A stretch of DNA of 64,000 nt from Octopus vulgaris. Lineage: Eukaryota. The notes beneath the pieces were generated by a model. It searched no databases. It worked only from the letters and a program-made list of their open reading frames with translations, and had not been told where the DNA came from. The translations under genes and the position numbers were made by a program. The stretch covers positions 3,844,001-3,908,000 of the forward strand of contig OX597825.1 of the NCBI GenBank assembly GCA_951406725.2, written 5' to 3'. Of the stretch, positions 51,373 through 64,000 are shown piece after piece. Position 1 is the first letter of the stretch, and every line of letters starts with the position of its first letter.

Positions 51373-52639
51373 TCAGGTCATCCCATGAGTTCTCTCCGAT
51401 TTTACCTTTTTTAAAATTGAAGGAAATGTAATAGTATTTTAGAATGTCTAAAGGAATTAAATATTATTTTTATGCAATTGTGTACATTAGACTAATTAAG
51501 TATTATTTTCCAGTATAATAGACTTAAAATTTATTTGACACCCTTTCTAAAATGGAAATTTCCAATGAGTTTTTAAGGCAGATAATGCTTTATGAGTACA
51601 CAAAAGGAAACTCTGCAAGGGAAGCGACTCGAAACATGCACTCAATTTATGGGAAAGACTGTTTGAATGAAAGAACTTACAGAAGATCGTTTGCAAAATT
51701 CAGAAGTTAAGATTTCAGCCTTGAAGATGAAAATCGAACAGGACGTCCAGTTGAGTTTGATGATAAACTCCTTGAGACATTACTTGAAGAAAATCCTGCA
51801 TTGTCAGTTTAAGAATTGGCAATAAAGCTTAGTGCAAACCATACAATTGTTCATTTGCATCTTCAAGAACTTGGAAAGTTTCCTAAACTTGGAAAATGGG
51901 TGCCTCACTGTCCGAAAACAAACGCAAATCCCGAGTTCACATCTGCTCTTCTCTCCATTCTCACGAACTGATTTCACCCTTTTTTTGGATAGACTTATAA
52001 CTGCTGACGAAAAATGGATCTCCTATCGAAATGTTAAACGTCGTAAACAGTGGCTTGATAAAAGGGAAGAAGCCCAACCACAACCGAGAAGGGAACTTCA
52101 TGAGAAAAAGGTTCTTCTCTTTATCAGGTGGAATTGCAAAGGCGTAATTCGCTTTGAATTACTACCACTTAATGCAACAATCAATACTCAAGTCTACAGT
52201 CAGCAATTCGAGCATTTGAACCAAGCTTTAAAGAAAAAAGAATAGCTTTGTTGAATCGAAAAGAAGTGATGTTTCATCAGGAAAAATCGTGACACCACAC
52301 TGCGACGATCACATCACGGAAGGTCGAAGAGCTTCGTTGGGAAAACATTCCTCATCCACCTTATTCTCCCGACCTTGCATTTGTTTCGTAGTTTCCAGAA
52401 TCATTTGGGGCACATTACTTTCGCAAGCCAGGAGGAGATCGAAACTGACATTTCAGCGTTCTTCACTTTGAAGCCATAAGAGTTTTATACTGATGCGATT
52501 AAAAAGCTTGTAAATAGATGGAAGGCAGTCATAGAGAATCAAGGAAATTACATTGATCCTTAAATTTCAATTAAATATAATATTTGGTCATTTGTTTTCT
52601 TTATTGAAAATTCGGAAGAGAACTTATGGGATGACTTGA
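51373..52639 (+). mobile_element. Full-length mariner DNA transposon (1267 bp) with TA TSD, inactive
   Basis: TA|TCAGGTCATCCCATGAGTTCTCTCCGATTTT ... AAAATTCGGAAGAGAACTTATGGGATGACTTGA|TA; near-perfect ~30-bp TIRs. Confidence 0.95.
51552..52563 (+). pseudogene. Mariner transposase pseudogene
   Basis: MEISNEFLRQIMLYEYTKGNSAREATRN..KFRS*DFSLEDENRTGRP..LGKWVPH, then ITADEKW, HPPYSPDLA and a GNYIDP* end. Multiple stops and frameshifts; the third Asp region is deleted. Confidence 0.93.
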
Positions 52640-54571
52640 TACCATATGCTAAGGATCTACTAACAGCGTGCCTGTATGCTACGTCCACCTCTAGCTATAA
52701 CAATGCTACAAATATTGATGACAATTTCAAACATCAATTCAACTGATGTCCATACCAAATTTTTGCAGAGAATTAGAATAATATTTCAAAAAGAGTTGTC
52801 AGGGGATCAATTCTTTTAAATTCTGTATCGTAAGAATACGAAAGCGTGAGTTATAACAGGACACGAGATATTATTTCACTCCAGACATCCTTTGAATATA
52901 GATGAAAATTTCCTATAACTTATACGCTGTATTTTCCTACGTATTTTTCCTGAGATAAATATTACCTTTAATGATATCTGCATATCTGCACAATATTAGA
53001 CTACTCTTGTAAAGAAGAATATTAACAAAATACTACTTATGTAAATGTTCGAAATACATCAATTCATTACATATATATTAAAATTCCAACATTTCGAGGT
53101 AATGCTTAAAACGGTATTAGTGAACAATGCGATGGTTAACGTCAGCAGATTGTGCTGAAATAAATTTATGTACCTCAAGAGCATACATTTAAATACATTT
53201 GCGAGTAGGCGTGTTTCACCCGAATATTCCTTGAGACATACTGACGTAGGCAGCATTGTGTGCAGACGATGAATTAATTTCTATAAGACTTTCTGCGAGA
53301 AATACATTAGTATGACAGCATTATTTTTTTGTTTTTGTTTTTTGAAGTTACCAATTAAATATAAATTCACAGCTCAACAATTTCAACTAGTTCTCCGTCA
53401 AAATTTCTGACTTTCTCGTCTCGAGGTCACGATCTCTCCGTGGGAACATTTCTTTATACTATTGTAATACTTCCGTGCTTCTCTTGTCTGTAAATTATCC
53501 ATGCTGTTGTTTATAGAGTTGCTGTTGTTTCGATATGTTCATTGAAGTTGTTTGTATCATTATCACGTGCTTTTAGCATTGATGGTCTTAGTACTGCTGC
53601 TGTGGTTTCTTGTTTTATTGAATTTGATATCATTGTTTCATTCGTTGCCGATATTGTTTCCAATGTATTTTATGAATTGTTGGCAGGTTTCTAGCCAGAA
53701 ATTTTCTTTATATTTGATTTTGTTATTGTCGTTCCAAATTTTGTGTAACTCCACATAAATCAGTTATAACGGTGGTAAAAATGATTCCATCCGTAATTCT
53801 GCAGTCTTCTTATGTTTCTCAATGGAAATAGCTCCGTTCTATAACCAAAATTGAGGTATTGCAATCTGCATAACATTCTTCTAAGTAACATATCTTACTG
53901 GAGTTATTATTATAGATAGAATTTCATAAAAGACACCACAGTTTAATCTGAGAGCATATATCGCTACATAAAGTACTAAATTAATTCTCATTGATAAAGG
54001 CGTCCAACTTCAGATATTCCGATTTACATTTAACTTATCGAATTTGGAATCCCAGACATATAAAGGCACAACAATGAAAGCATTAAGCTGTTTGAATTAA
54101 TCCTGGTGGAACAAGCAGCTTCTTGGTACCGGCTACATATATCTGTTGTGTATACATTAACGGTAAAAAAAATCACAAATCACAGTCAACAGAGACGATA
54201 TATAAATAAAACTAAATATACGAATAAACGATCTAAATAAAATAATTACATATGAATTAACTATTACTAAAATTATATACTAACAAATTATATATACCTC
54301 CCAATATAGGTATATTTGAAAATAATAATAGAGGATACGCTAAAATTAAAACTGTGTATAGTACTAATTACCTATAAATACTCATAGTTCCCTGCTATCT
54401 TCCTTAAATCACCATTTTAGTACCAGCAAAAAATGTAAGATGTATTTGAATTCTTGTTGTTATATAAGGCATTTAAACACAGACATTTTCGTTCTGATGT
54501 TTAATCCCACATTCTGTATTTGACATATACTTGATTTTACATGATTTATATACATGTATATATGTATATAC

Positions 54572-54587
54572 ACTAATTCATATTTCC

Positions 54588-54625
<38 letters not shown>

Positions 54626-54643
54626 TAATTCATATTTCCATTT
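54572..54643. repeat. (AT)16 flanked by a perfect 20-bp direct repeat
   Basis: actaattcatatttccattt at 54572-54591 and 54624-54643. Confidence 0.9.
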
Positions 54644-54729
54644 GTAATGTATAATTCATAAATTTTAATTCTTAATATTGTTTCTAATATCCACCCGACT
54701 TATTAGAAATATATTTATCTGTCTATATA

Positions 54730-55110
54730 GGCGCATAAGCGCAGGCGTGGTTTTGTGTTGAGAAACTTGCTTCCCAACCTTATAGTTCCCGGTTCAGTCC
54801 TAGTACGTGGAACCAAGGGCAAGAGTTTTCTACAACTGTCTCGGTCCTACCAAAGCCTTTTGAGTGAATTTGTTTGACGGAAACTAAACGAAGCCTGTTG
54901 TATGTATTTCTCGCGTTACATCACTTCTTGACAACTGCTATTGGTGCGCTTACATAACTTAGCGGTTCGACAAAATGAACCGATAAGTTAAGTATCAGAT
55001 TTGAAAAAAGAAAATAATAATATGTACAGTGGTCGATACAGCCGACTAAAATTTCAAGGCGATACCCCTGCATGGCCGCTGCCAAATAACTGAAAACAAA
55101 TTTAAAAAGA
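54730..55110 (+). mobile_element. SINE family B, internal microsatellite almost absent
   Basis: gcgcaggcgtggttttgtg..ggttcagtcc..gggcaagag..gacggaaacta..cttagcggttcg..catggccgc. Confidence 0.82.
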
Positions 55111-56861
55111 TTAAACATGAGTGTGTGTGCGTGCATATTTATACACACACACACACACAGACACACACACACACAAGTACATATGCGTTTGCGTATGTAT
55201 GAATAGATATGTATAATTATGAAAGTCCGTCTATCAGAGTGCGTAAGTGTCTTGCCTGTAAATGTGTATGAACTTGTGTGTGTATGTATGTATATAATGC
55301 ATGACATATTTTCATGAACTAACCAAACAATTCCGGTCTTCTAGCGAAATTATTATTTTTCTCCTTTCATATCAAAACTTCAAATATTTTATATTTTTGA
55401 AAATTTTCGAATTTCTTTGCCCGAATATTGTCACAGAAATAATCATTGTGCTTTTCAAAGTGAGGAATGTTTAAATTAATTTTCATCAATGTAGAATATT
55501 TCTTTTTCGTTCGATTCATTTTCTTCATTTATTTATTCATTTATTTGACTTGTTTTTTCTGGGATGGTATTCTTAGCAATTTTTGCCTTATCACTGTTAA
55601 TCCAATTCTATGTTTTGAAATGATAACACAATGTGTCTCAAACGCTGTTTGTTTTTTAATTGATTACGTTGGAAGGAATTATCGATCAAGTATTCATTAA
55701 TAAATTCATAGAGATATCATATTTTAAGAAGGAATAAAAAAAAAAGGTTTAACGCCCTGAGAAATATCTGTTGTGACGTTTGTCGGCGCGAATCTATCAA
55801 GACAGTTGCAGCAGTCAAAAGAACACAATGAATGGATATTGAGCGGGCAGGAAATTAAATTGAACAACAAATGTGCCTGCAAGCTAATCTCAAATATTGT
55901 TTTAAATAAATATTTACAAATACAAAAAAATATAGCACATATGCTTCTCATACATGTATCGTAAAGTAAGTCACGTTCTCTACTTCAATACTATAAAATT
56001 TATTCATGAATTCGACCTCAATCGCATAGTTTTAAAATATTTTTTGTTCTTCTTTATGAGAAATAGGAATTATAGCGTGGATTAGGAACTAAATATATAT
56101 ATATATATATATATACAGTTAGATATATATCAAGTAATTATGGACAAACGAAATTAGGTTTCTGGCTGAGTGTTTTCATATTTTCTCAAAGTTCGTAGTC
56201 TGTTACTTTCGAGCAAAAAGTAAACTGTTAGAAGTGCACTTTTCTCATTTCTTGTGACATTTTTCGGTCATTGAATTCGTTTTGAGGCTTATACCTTGAA
56301 CGCTAATATTAGCTTTCAAATACCGAACGTTGTGTGATTGATTATACCTATAAATATGCAAATTGTGTTTCGAGAGATTATTAATAATTACACGTTTAAT
56401 GTAACATAATTTTGTGTAGGTGGCTTAATGATATGATCTCGAATTTAAATGTTCCAAATTAATGTAAAACATGAAGAGCAGAAAATACATCTAAAATATA
56501 TTCATACAATATAGTTATCACTACGTGATGTGATGGTGTATGAAAGCTTGTTACGAACCAAATGTGTTCAAATATATACCAAGGATAAGCCAACACGTTC
56601 CTGTGCCTCTTCTTTGAAATTCAATTCTATAGATACATCATTTGGTGAGAACACAGACAAACTGTTAATGATAAAGCAACACAAAAGATTTAAGTAAAGT
56701 TTGAGACAACACCATTCGTTCTGTGTAGTCGTCGTCGGCGGCATTTTATCGTGTGTCTGATAATTTATTTGGCTTCTCTGTTCGTGTTTATGCCTCCGAT
56801 GACTAATGAGATGTTGCAAAGTTCAAAAATGACCGTGGTGGAAGCATTTGTTTTTGCAGCC

Positions 56862-56901
56862 TCCTATCACATGTATGTACCAAAACATACATGTGATAGG
56901 A
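56862..56901. repeat. Perfect 17-bp inverted repeat with 6-nt loop
   Basis: tcctatcacatgtatgt-accaaa-acatacatgtgatagga. Confidence 0.9.
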
Positions 56902-57246
56902 ATAACAAACCCACAATGCTCGACGATGAACTCCCAATTCTGCAAAATATGCGACGTTCAAGATATATAGAGGTAGGGATATATGTTTATTGTATAAGAC
57001 AAACTACTAAAAAGACAAAAAGATTTTTCGTATAAGTATATATATGGCAAAAGGGTGTCCCAATGGTTAAAATTATCAGGCTTTACGCTTGGGATATATC
57101 TCTGTTGCTTAATGGGTTTAAAATGTCATGTTAAAATGTTAAAATCATTGATAATCTGGGCGAGAATTGCTTTTGATAATTGCCTCTAATCTCAAATATT
57201 GTATAATGAACTACACAATGTACGCGTTCCTATATCACAGATATAT

Positions 57247-57316
<70 letters not shown>

Positions 57317-57329
57317 GTAACGTATATAC

Positions 57330-57379
<50 letters not shown>

Positions 57380-58117
57380 GTTTATATATACACATATTAA
57401 GATAAGCTAATAATCTTCGCAACCAGTCACATCTTATACATATATACATGAATATATATGTATATATATATATATATATATTTACATATGTATGTATGCA
57501 TGTATGATTGTACGTATGTAATGCATATGTGTGCGATTTGGTTTGTGCGTGTTAATATGGTATCAGTGGGTGTAAGAATATTCTATGCTTTTGCAACAAT
57601 GAACTTATATTGAATTAAATTCCTGACATTAATTATTATAGTAAAATATATTGTTTTCATGACTTTAATTAATACATTTAACGCCAAGAAATTGTTTTCC
57701 TTATTCCTTACTAAACAGTGGTAATATTCACAAATAATGGCAAATATTTGCTGATGTTTGTAAACTATACAAACGCATTAGAATCAAGTGTAATTGGAAT
57801 TTAGTTTAGACTTTCCATAGAAGATTTATTTCACCTGCAGTTCTTTTATGTTGTATTAGCTGTGCTGTTACTTCTGCCAAAATTCTAGAACATTCCACGT
57901 AATGAATAAAGTAGTATTATTTGAACGTTGAACTAAAGGGAAAAGTTATATAAAATAGGAATTATTTTATTGAATTGACGTATGAACGAAAGAGCAAAAT
58001 AGTTATTAAATTTCCATTGTGGCTATTCTTGCCCGACAATAAAAACGCGTTGAGATACAGCTCTCGTTGCCTGTTTATGTAACATATACTACATATTCCC
58101 TTAAACCAGGAGACTTC

Positions 58118-58170
<53 letters not shown>

Positions 58171-58176
<6 letters not shown>

Positions 58177-58372
58177 TATATATATAGAAGGAGCTTCTAC
58201 AGGACTAGAACTGTTTCATTCAAGAGAAATCTTCAGAAATCTTCCTGAAGATTTCTCTTGAATGAAACAGTTCTAGTCCTCTAGAAGCTCCTTCTATATA
58301 ATAAATTAATTTTACTCTGCTATGTATTGAGTACCTTATTTACTGTGGTTAACCCCGAATCAACCCGGGACC

Positions 58373-58376
<4 letters not shown>
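58171..58376 (+). mobile_element. Short fold-back element in (TA)n with a degenerate hammerhead-like core
   Basis: 56-bp arms 58181-58236 and 58245-58300 (55/56 complementary) with an 8-nt loop; CTGAAGA..12 nt..GAAAC at 58245-58268; (TA)n on both sides. Confidence 0.65.
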
Positions 58377-58422
<46 letters not shown>

Positions 58423-58423
<1 letters not shown>

Positions 58424-58930
58424 GGGTACAGGATGTCACCAATTGTGTAAACAACATAAAATACGAACACGAACAATTTAAATACGTAAATAACGAGTGG
58501 GAAAATGGAAAACAGGGCATGTAAACACATGGAACGTCTCTGCATCAGCTGTGGGCTACTCCTTATTTCGAACATTAAACGACAATACGAGTTTTCAAAT
58601 GGAGTTGTTCCCATAAATTCCAGAATAAAAGTTAGGATTTATGGATCGCCAAGTTATGGAAGGCCAAAATATGACATTGGAGACATACAAGGAACATGAA
58701 CAGAAACAAAAATGAAATTTACACACGATAGGAAAAGAAAAATGATTGATGGTCACGTGTGAGCAACGAAAGAGAGAAGAGAGAAAGACAGAGAGACAGA
58801 TATAAAATAGTGAAGAGGAGAAATACGGAATTAGAGAATGATGGAGGAAAACAGTATAGATTAGAGTTGCATGAAAAAGGTTAACTTAAACTTAATGGGA
58901 AATGGATGTGTGGCGTTCATTGAAATACTA
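58423..58930 (+). mobile_element. (TA)n-targeted non-coding repeat, copy 1
   Basis: Begins gggtacaggatgtcaccaattgtgtaaac directly after (TA)n. Homologous to 59017-59150 (direct) and 59175-59490 (inverted). Confidence 0.65.
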
Positions 58931-58939
58931 ATATAAATA

Positions 58940-59016
<77 letters not shown>

Positions 59017-59020
<4 letters not shown>

Positions 59021-59490
59021 TACAGGACGACGCTAAATGTATAAACAAAATGAAAGACGGAAAGAAACGAGTTAAATACGCAGAAAACGAGAGGAAAATG
59101 GAAAACAGGACAAGTAATCACAGAGAAGGACTCTTCATCAGTTGTCGGCAGCACGGACATTCAAGGGACTGTACGTATTTCTCTCCCTTCTATCTTTTTT
59201 TTTCAAAGAAAATATTTCTCCCGGTGTTCAATTTTTTCCTCTCGTCCTGGTCTAATGACCCTCCATATGTGTTTTCATTCGTTTTCCCTGTATGCTTTCA
59301 ACTTCCTATATTTTGTTCCAACTTTGACGCTCCATAAATCCTAAAATTAATTTAGGAATTTATGGGAGCAACTGAAGACTCATATTGTTGTTGAATGTTG
59401 AACTGATTAGTAGATAGACAGCCGTTGCTTGTGTATTTAACTCGTTTGTTTTTGAATTTCATGTGGTTTACACAATTGGTGACGTCCTAT
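59017..59490. mobile_element. Same repeat family: short forward head joined to a longer inverted copy
   Basis: The forward part reads ggctacaggacgacg..gaaaatggaaaacagg..catcagttgt. The end gtttacacaattggtgacgtccta is the reverse complement of the family 5' end, and ccataaatcctaa..ggaatttatggga matches about 58609-58643 inverted. Confidence 0.7.
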
Positions 59491-60663
59491 ATATATATGT
59501 ATATATTTATATCTGTAAATGTAATATGTGACGATTATTCGGTAGCCAAGATAAAACTCTGAGTTTCGGATACGGAAAACCCTGTTGGTCCGAGTTCACT
59601 TGCGCACGTAAATCCAAGACATGCACAAACATCCACACGCATAAGCACTCCCACATACACAAATGTTAACAAGCATGCGGATGCAAGCACATTCCCATAA
59701 CTAGACACACGCATATTAAAAGCCTCACATAGGTAAATAAATAGATAGAGATATGTATGGATGGAAATATATATAAAATATATCGAAAGAACAGAGGTAG
59801 GTGAGAGATGGAAAGGAAGCTAATGTGAACTGGAGAAACAAATATAGATTCGTTTCCTACCTCACAGTTGAGAATATTTTGCAAACTTAAGCAATTGAAA
59901 TTTATTTGAGTGTGGCTTTCATTCCAGTGCATATCATTTTAGGAGACATTTTACCAATAATATTTTACGAAAAGATAAATCTAATTTGAGACTAAGAAAT
60001 CTACTGAAGAGAACAAAATTTATGAAGGTCATAAATGTTGCAGCGTAGTTGAACTTGTTAGCAACCGTAGAAATCTGTTTAAATTTTTATCGGTCTTTCA
60101 ATATATAGTATTTTTCTCTATTTCCTCAAAGACTCACTTCAATTTACGATATTAGTGAAAAGGTCAGTAATTCTAGATACTATTAAATAGTTGTTAGCTT
60201 CTTTTAGTATCTGTATTTGTCGAGAAACAATAATGTTTGTTCGTGATGAGCAAGTAATAAAATTGTGATGGAAACATTCACAAGCAACCAATTTCAGACT
60301 GTGGCCCATAAAAGCATATTCTGCATACGAAGCATTGGATATTACTCTAGTTTCGACAATTATTGAAAAGGTCTACGATATTATGATCTGAGTTAACAAG
60401 AAATCTGGCTAAATAAACTTGTAGTTTCCTAAAGTACAAAAGATTCAGTTATAATATCAGATTATGTCAATAAATCAAAGCCAATTTCGCAATAGTTTCA
60501 CCAGTAATGTTACTTATGTAACCTTTATTAGCTCAAGTAAACTGTTCTCGTATTGATTACGGCTCGTTCCTCGTACTTTAAGCTGACACACAGTTCATTA
60601 TTATCCAACATTAATGAACAATAAAACGAAGAGAAAATAATTTTGTTTTATAAAACAGCGAAC

Positions 60664-60666
<3 letters not shown>

Positions 60667-60728
<62 letters not shown>

Positions 60729-60737
60729 ATATATATA
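60667..60737. repeat. (TA)n microsatellite
   Basis: Direct reading. Confidence 0.95.
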
Positions 60738-62384
60738 TTCATACACAGAGACATCTAATATTCATCGACGTTCCCAATTCCGTACGGCCGAAAAACATTT
60801 TAAGAATTTCTAAATTTCAACTGAGGTGGAAAAGAAAATAAAGCCATGCCTGAAAAGTGGTTAGATATTTTTGTGGAATAGGAAGCGCTCTCTCTATAAA
60901 TATGACTTTACCTAAGTCAATTTAATTTTAATGCATAGAGGGATATAGTGAGGCCGAGTTAAAAAAAATAAGGAAAAAAAGAGACAAATAAAGCCTGCAT
61001 TTTTTTAATTTTATATATTAGAATATACAAAATGAGATTATACAGAACACAACAAATAATGCAAACCACGAGAGATTTTACAATTTAATTTTCAATAACT
61101 ATATTAATAGGTCATCGTCTCTTTCAAACTCGACATAAGTACATAACTAAATACAAAGCAAACACACACGCACATACACACATACACACAGGCACACAGA
61201 CACACAGACACACACACACAGACACACGCACACACACACTTATGGATAGAAACAACATCACACTCACAGATGGTATGAAATGGATGAAAATATCAAATAC
61301 AAAATGTACTAGCCCATATTTTAAAGAAACACGTAGAGTATAAGATATTCAGAGAAACCGTAAAATCAAATAATTAGGTGATTGTTTCTTTCAGTTTAAG
61401 TCGATAACCTTTTGTCTGTATTTTTTTTAAAGTAAACTCCGATGCATTTTCATTGTAACAATCATATACATACACGTATACATAATGAATCATTCTCTCA
61501 TAAAACCCATGTACAAAATAGAAGAACTACACATTCATTTTACACAGGCAGACATGAAAATAAATTAAGTTCATTCCAGTTCTTTCTGACCGTGATATTT
61601 TCATTAAATTTAGTGCTCAAGTGTACACTTTTTGATCTGGTGGGTCCGTGATATTCTCTCACTTAATTTTAGTTGCTTTCGTTACTCCCAAATAGCAGCA
61701 AATTTGATCAGGATGTATCAGACATTTACCTCTAAATAATAATAGAATAAAGGTTATAGAATTTTCTGCAAAGAGTAGAAACACATCTTCGCATTCGCCT
61801 TCCAGAAAATGAATATTTTTATATCCCCACGTATGTCTATTAAGAAACAAACAATATCTGTTTCAGTAATAAATTTCCTCTCATGATTCGGGGGTCGATA
61901 AACTACGTACCAATGAAGTACTAGTACTTCAAAAATTTGAAACCATTTGTAAGACGTGGTCGTTCTTTAAATGTTGGTGCACATAGATTCTAAAGATATT
62001 CACGTCTCGGTCTTTCCGTTCAAGGTTTCCAAGATTACATGAACTCACGATGTGCAGCAGTCGGTATTTTTCAACAGTTGCCCTTTATGGCCAGTCCTTA
62101 AACGGAAATATTAATCTGTAATATAAACTATATTCTATAGTTCACCTTTCCTATAATATGCTGTGTTGCCTTCAAAAACCAGAAATTCCATACGTTTAAA
62201 CATCAAACTGACCACTACATTCGCCAAGAATATGTGCGTATCTAAGTACGTGGGTTCCTATGTATGACATTAAACTGTTGGAGCCACTGGACTGCGGCGT
62301 TGCTGCAGCATGGCCATGTTTATTCAAATAAGTTGACCCCAGTACTTACGCTTTTGTTCTATTATGCCAAACGCTTAAGTTACA

Positions 62385-62542
62385 AATACGTTCTGAGATC
62401 AAATTCTGCCGAGGTCGACTTTGCCTTTCATCATTTCAGGGTCAATAAATTAAGTACCAGTTACGCACTGGGGTCGATATATAATCGACCAAATCCGTTT
62501 GTCTTCTCTGTGTTTAGCTCATGGTGGGTAGTAAAGAAATAG
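62385..62542 (+). mobile_element. 5'-truncated SINE family A with 15-bp TSD, nested in an old minus-strand family B remnant
   Basis: TSD aacgcttaagttaca at 62370-62384 and 62543-62557. The flanks (gactgcggc..ttgaccccagtactta..tgccaaacgcttaagttac) match the family B 3' part in reverse. Confidence 0.88.
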
Positions 62543-62859
62543 AACGCTTAAGTTACAGAGATTAGGTGTCGACTGATTGTGGAAAAGAAACGCAGCGACA
62601 GTAATATGCCAGTCCGTTCATATTTGAGACATTCTGTCAGGAGTCTGAGAGAGAGAGAGAGAGGAAGATAGAGACAGGGAAGGAGAGAGAGAGAGGGGAA
62701 GATAGAGAGAGAGATGACAATCTTCCATCTACTAAATTTGTTCATTGGGCATTATTTAACTCAGACACCCTGAAGAGCCATTTCTAGAAGTCGCCGCGAA
62801 GTAGAATTCAAGCCCAAACCGCAACGTGTCAAAGTTACTTTCTGAAGCAAAAATATCGG

Positions 62860-63162
62860 TGTGTTTATTCCTTCTCGAGCTATGCCTGGCTTATAAGTGC
62901 CGGTTTCCCGGATTCTTGGCGTATAGGTTCCCCACCTGGACGGGACGCCGGTCCATCGCAGGTGAGCTGCAAGATGGAGGAGAAACGAGTGAGAGAAAGT
63001 TGTGGCGAAAGAGTCAGCAGAAGTTCGCCATTACCTTCTGCCGGAGCCGTGTGGAGCTTAGGTATTTCGGTCATAAACACACACATCGCCCGGTCTGAGA
63101 TTCGAACCCGCGATGCCTGGACCGCGAGTCTGCTGCCTTAACTACTATGCCATGTGCCTCCA
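62860..63162 (-). mobile_element. tRNA-derived SINE, family C, full length
   Basis: Minus strand TGGAGGCACATGGCATAGTAGTTAAGG (A box) and GGTTCGAATCT (B box). The centre is shared with 5893-6228; the 3' part is cctgcgatggaccggcgtcccgtccagg...ctcgagaagg. Confidence 0.85.
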
Positions 63163-63325
63163 AAAAACTAAAAATAAATGTTGGTGAACCGGTCTGTCTG
63201 TCTGTCTGTCTGTGTCCGTGGGTTTGTCTTTGTGTCTGTATATGTGAGCATGTGTGCGCGCACGCGTGTCAGACATTGAAAATGAGTTCTCAACACCGCA
63301 TTGGTGGAGATAATTGTTTTAATTG

Positions 63326-63415
63326 TATGTGTGCGTGTGTGTGTGTGTATAGATATATGTATGTATATGTATATGTAGATATGTGAGCGTGTATGTGCGC
63401 GCGCGTGTGTGTATA

Positions 63416-63466
<51 letters not shown>

Positions 63467-63750
63467 ACGTGTATATACATGCATACATCTATACACACAC
63501 GTGTATATGTGTATGTGTGTGTGTATAGATATATGTATGTATATGTGGATATGTGAGCGTGTGTGTATAGATGTATGTATATATATACGTGTATATACAT
63601 ACATACATACATACATCTATACACACACACACTCGTACATGTGTATATTTGCGTATTGATGTATGTATGTATGTATATACACGTATACATATACATACAT
63701 CTTTACACACAAGCGTGCACACACGCGTATATGTGTATATGTGTGTGTGG
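63326..63750. repeat. Compound (TG)n/(TA)n/(TACA)n low-complexity tract
   Basis: Direct reading. Confidence 0.9.
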
Positions 63751-63952
63751 GGGGAGGTAAGACTGGAGTATAGGGTTAGTTAGAAATGTAAAGTTTAATT
63801 TAATATAGCAGATAATAAATATTATACAGCAAAATATTGCTAACCAATTAATTGGATATCCATAAAATTAAATTAGATTATATGAACAGTAATGAAGAAA
63901 TACCTACGCGTATTAATAATTATTAAAAATAATAATGAAGATATATATATAT

Positions 63953-64000
63953 GTTTCTTTACTACCCACAAGGGCCTAAACACAGAGAGGACAAACAAGG
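63953..64000 (-). mobile_element. SINE family A 3' tail, cut by the window end
   Basis: tttctttactacccacaagggcctaaacacagagaggacaaacaagg. Confidence 0.85.

Noticed and set aside
52642-53000. Possible CR1/L2 endonuclease relic flanking the mariner
   Set aside because: The motifs are too degraded to support a call.
59540-59575. Minus-strand GAAACTCAGAGTT, a palindromic stem III-like half hammerhead
   Set aside because: No CUGANGA or stem II upstream in this copy.
63085-63162. tRNA-like sequence on the minus strand
   Set aside because: It is the head of a SINE: the acceptor stem does not close and it continues into a repeat body.

Overview
AT-rich eukaryotic intergenic or intronic DNA, dense in microsatellites. 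The SINE families look like those of Octopus (coleoid cephalopod), which is my recognition and not a database result. No intact protein-coding gene can be supported, and most ORFs in the track are (TA)n/(CA)n/(TATG)n artefacts. The window is mostly transposable elements: two full-length but broken mariner elements with TIRs (24.4-25.6 kb, 51.4-52.6 kb), two mariner fragments, a decayed Penelope-like retroelement (about 12.3-14.7 kb) and a second GIY-YIG fragment, a Ty3/Gypsy gag relic, two head-to-tail non-autonomous Helitrons, and about 20 copies or fragments of three tRNA-derived SINE families, several with clear TSDs, nesting or dimers. The best candidate for something new is at 2581-3427. 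It is a young non-coding element sitting in (TA)n, with a ~456-nt monomer, a 155-bp partial tandem repeat and a 228-bp near-perfect inverted arm, and it carries an intact minimal type I hammerhead ribozyme on each strand (retrozyme or Penelope pseudo-LTR-like). A smaller fold-back with similar architecture lies at 58.2 kb. A few micro-exon candidates may belong to a host gene but cannot be confirmed from sequence alone.
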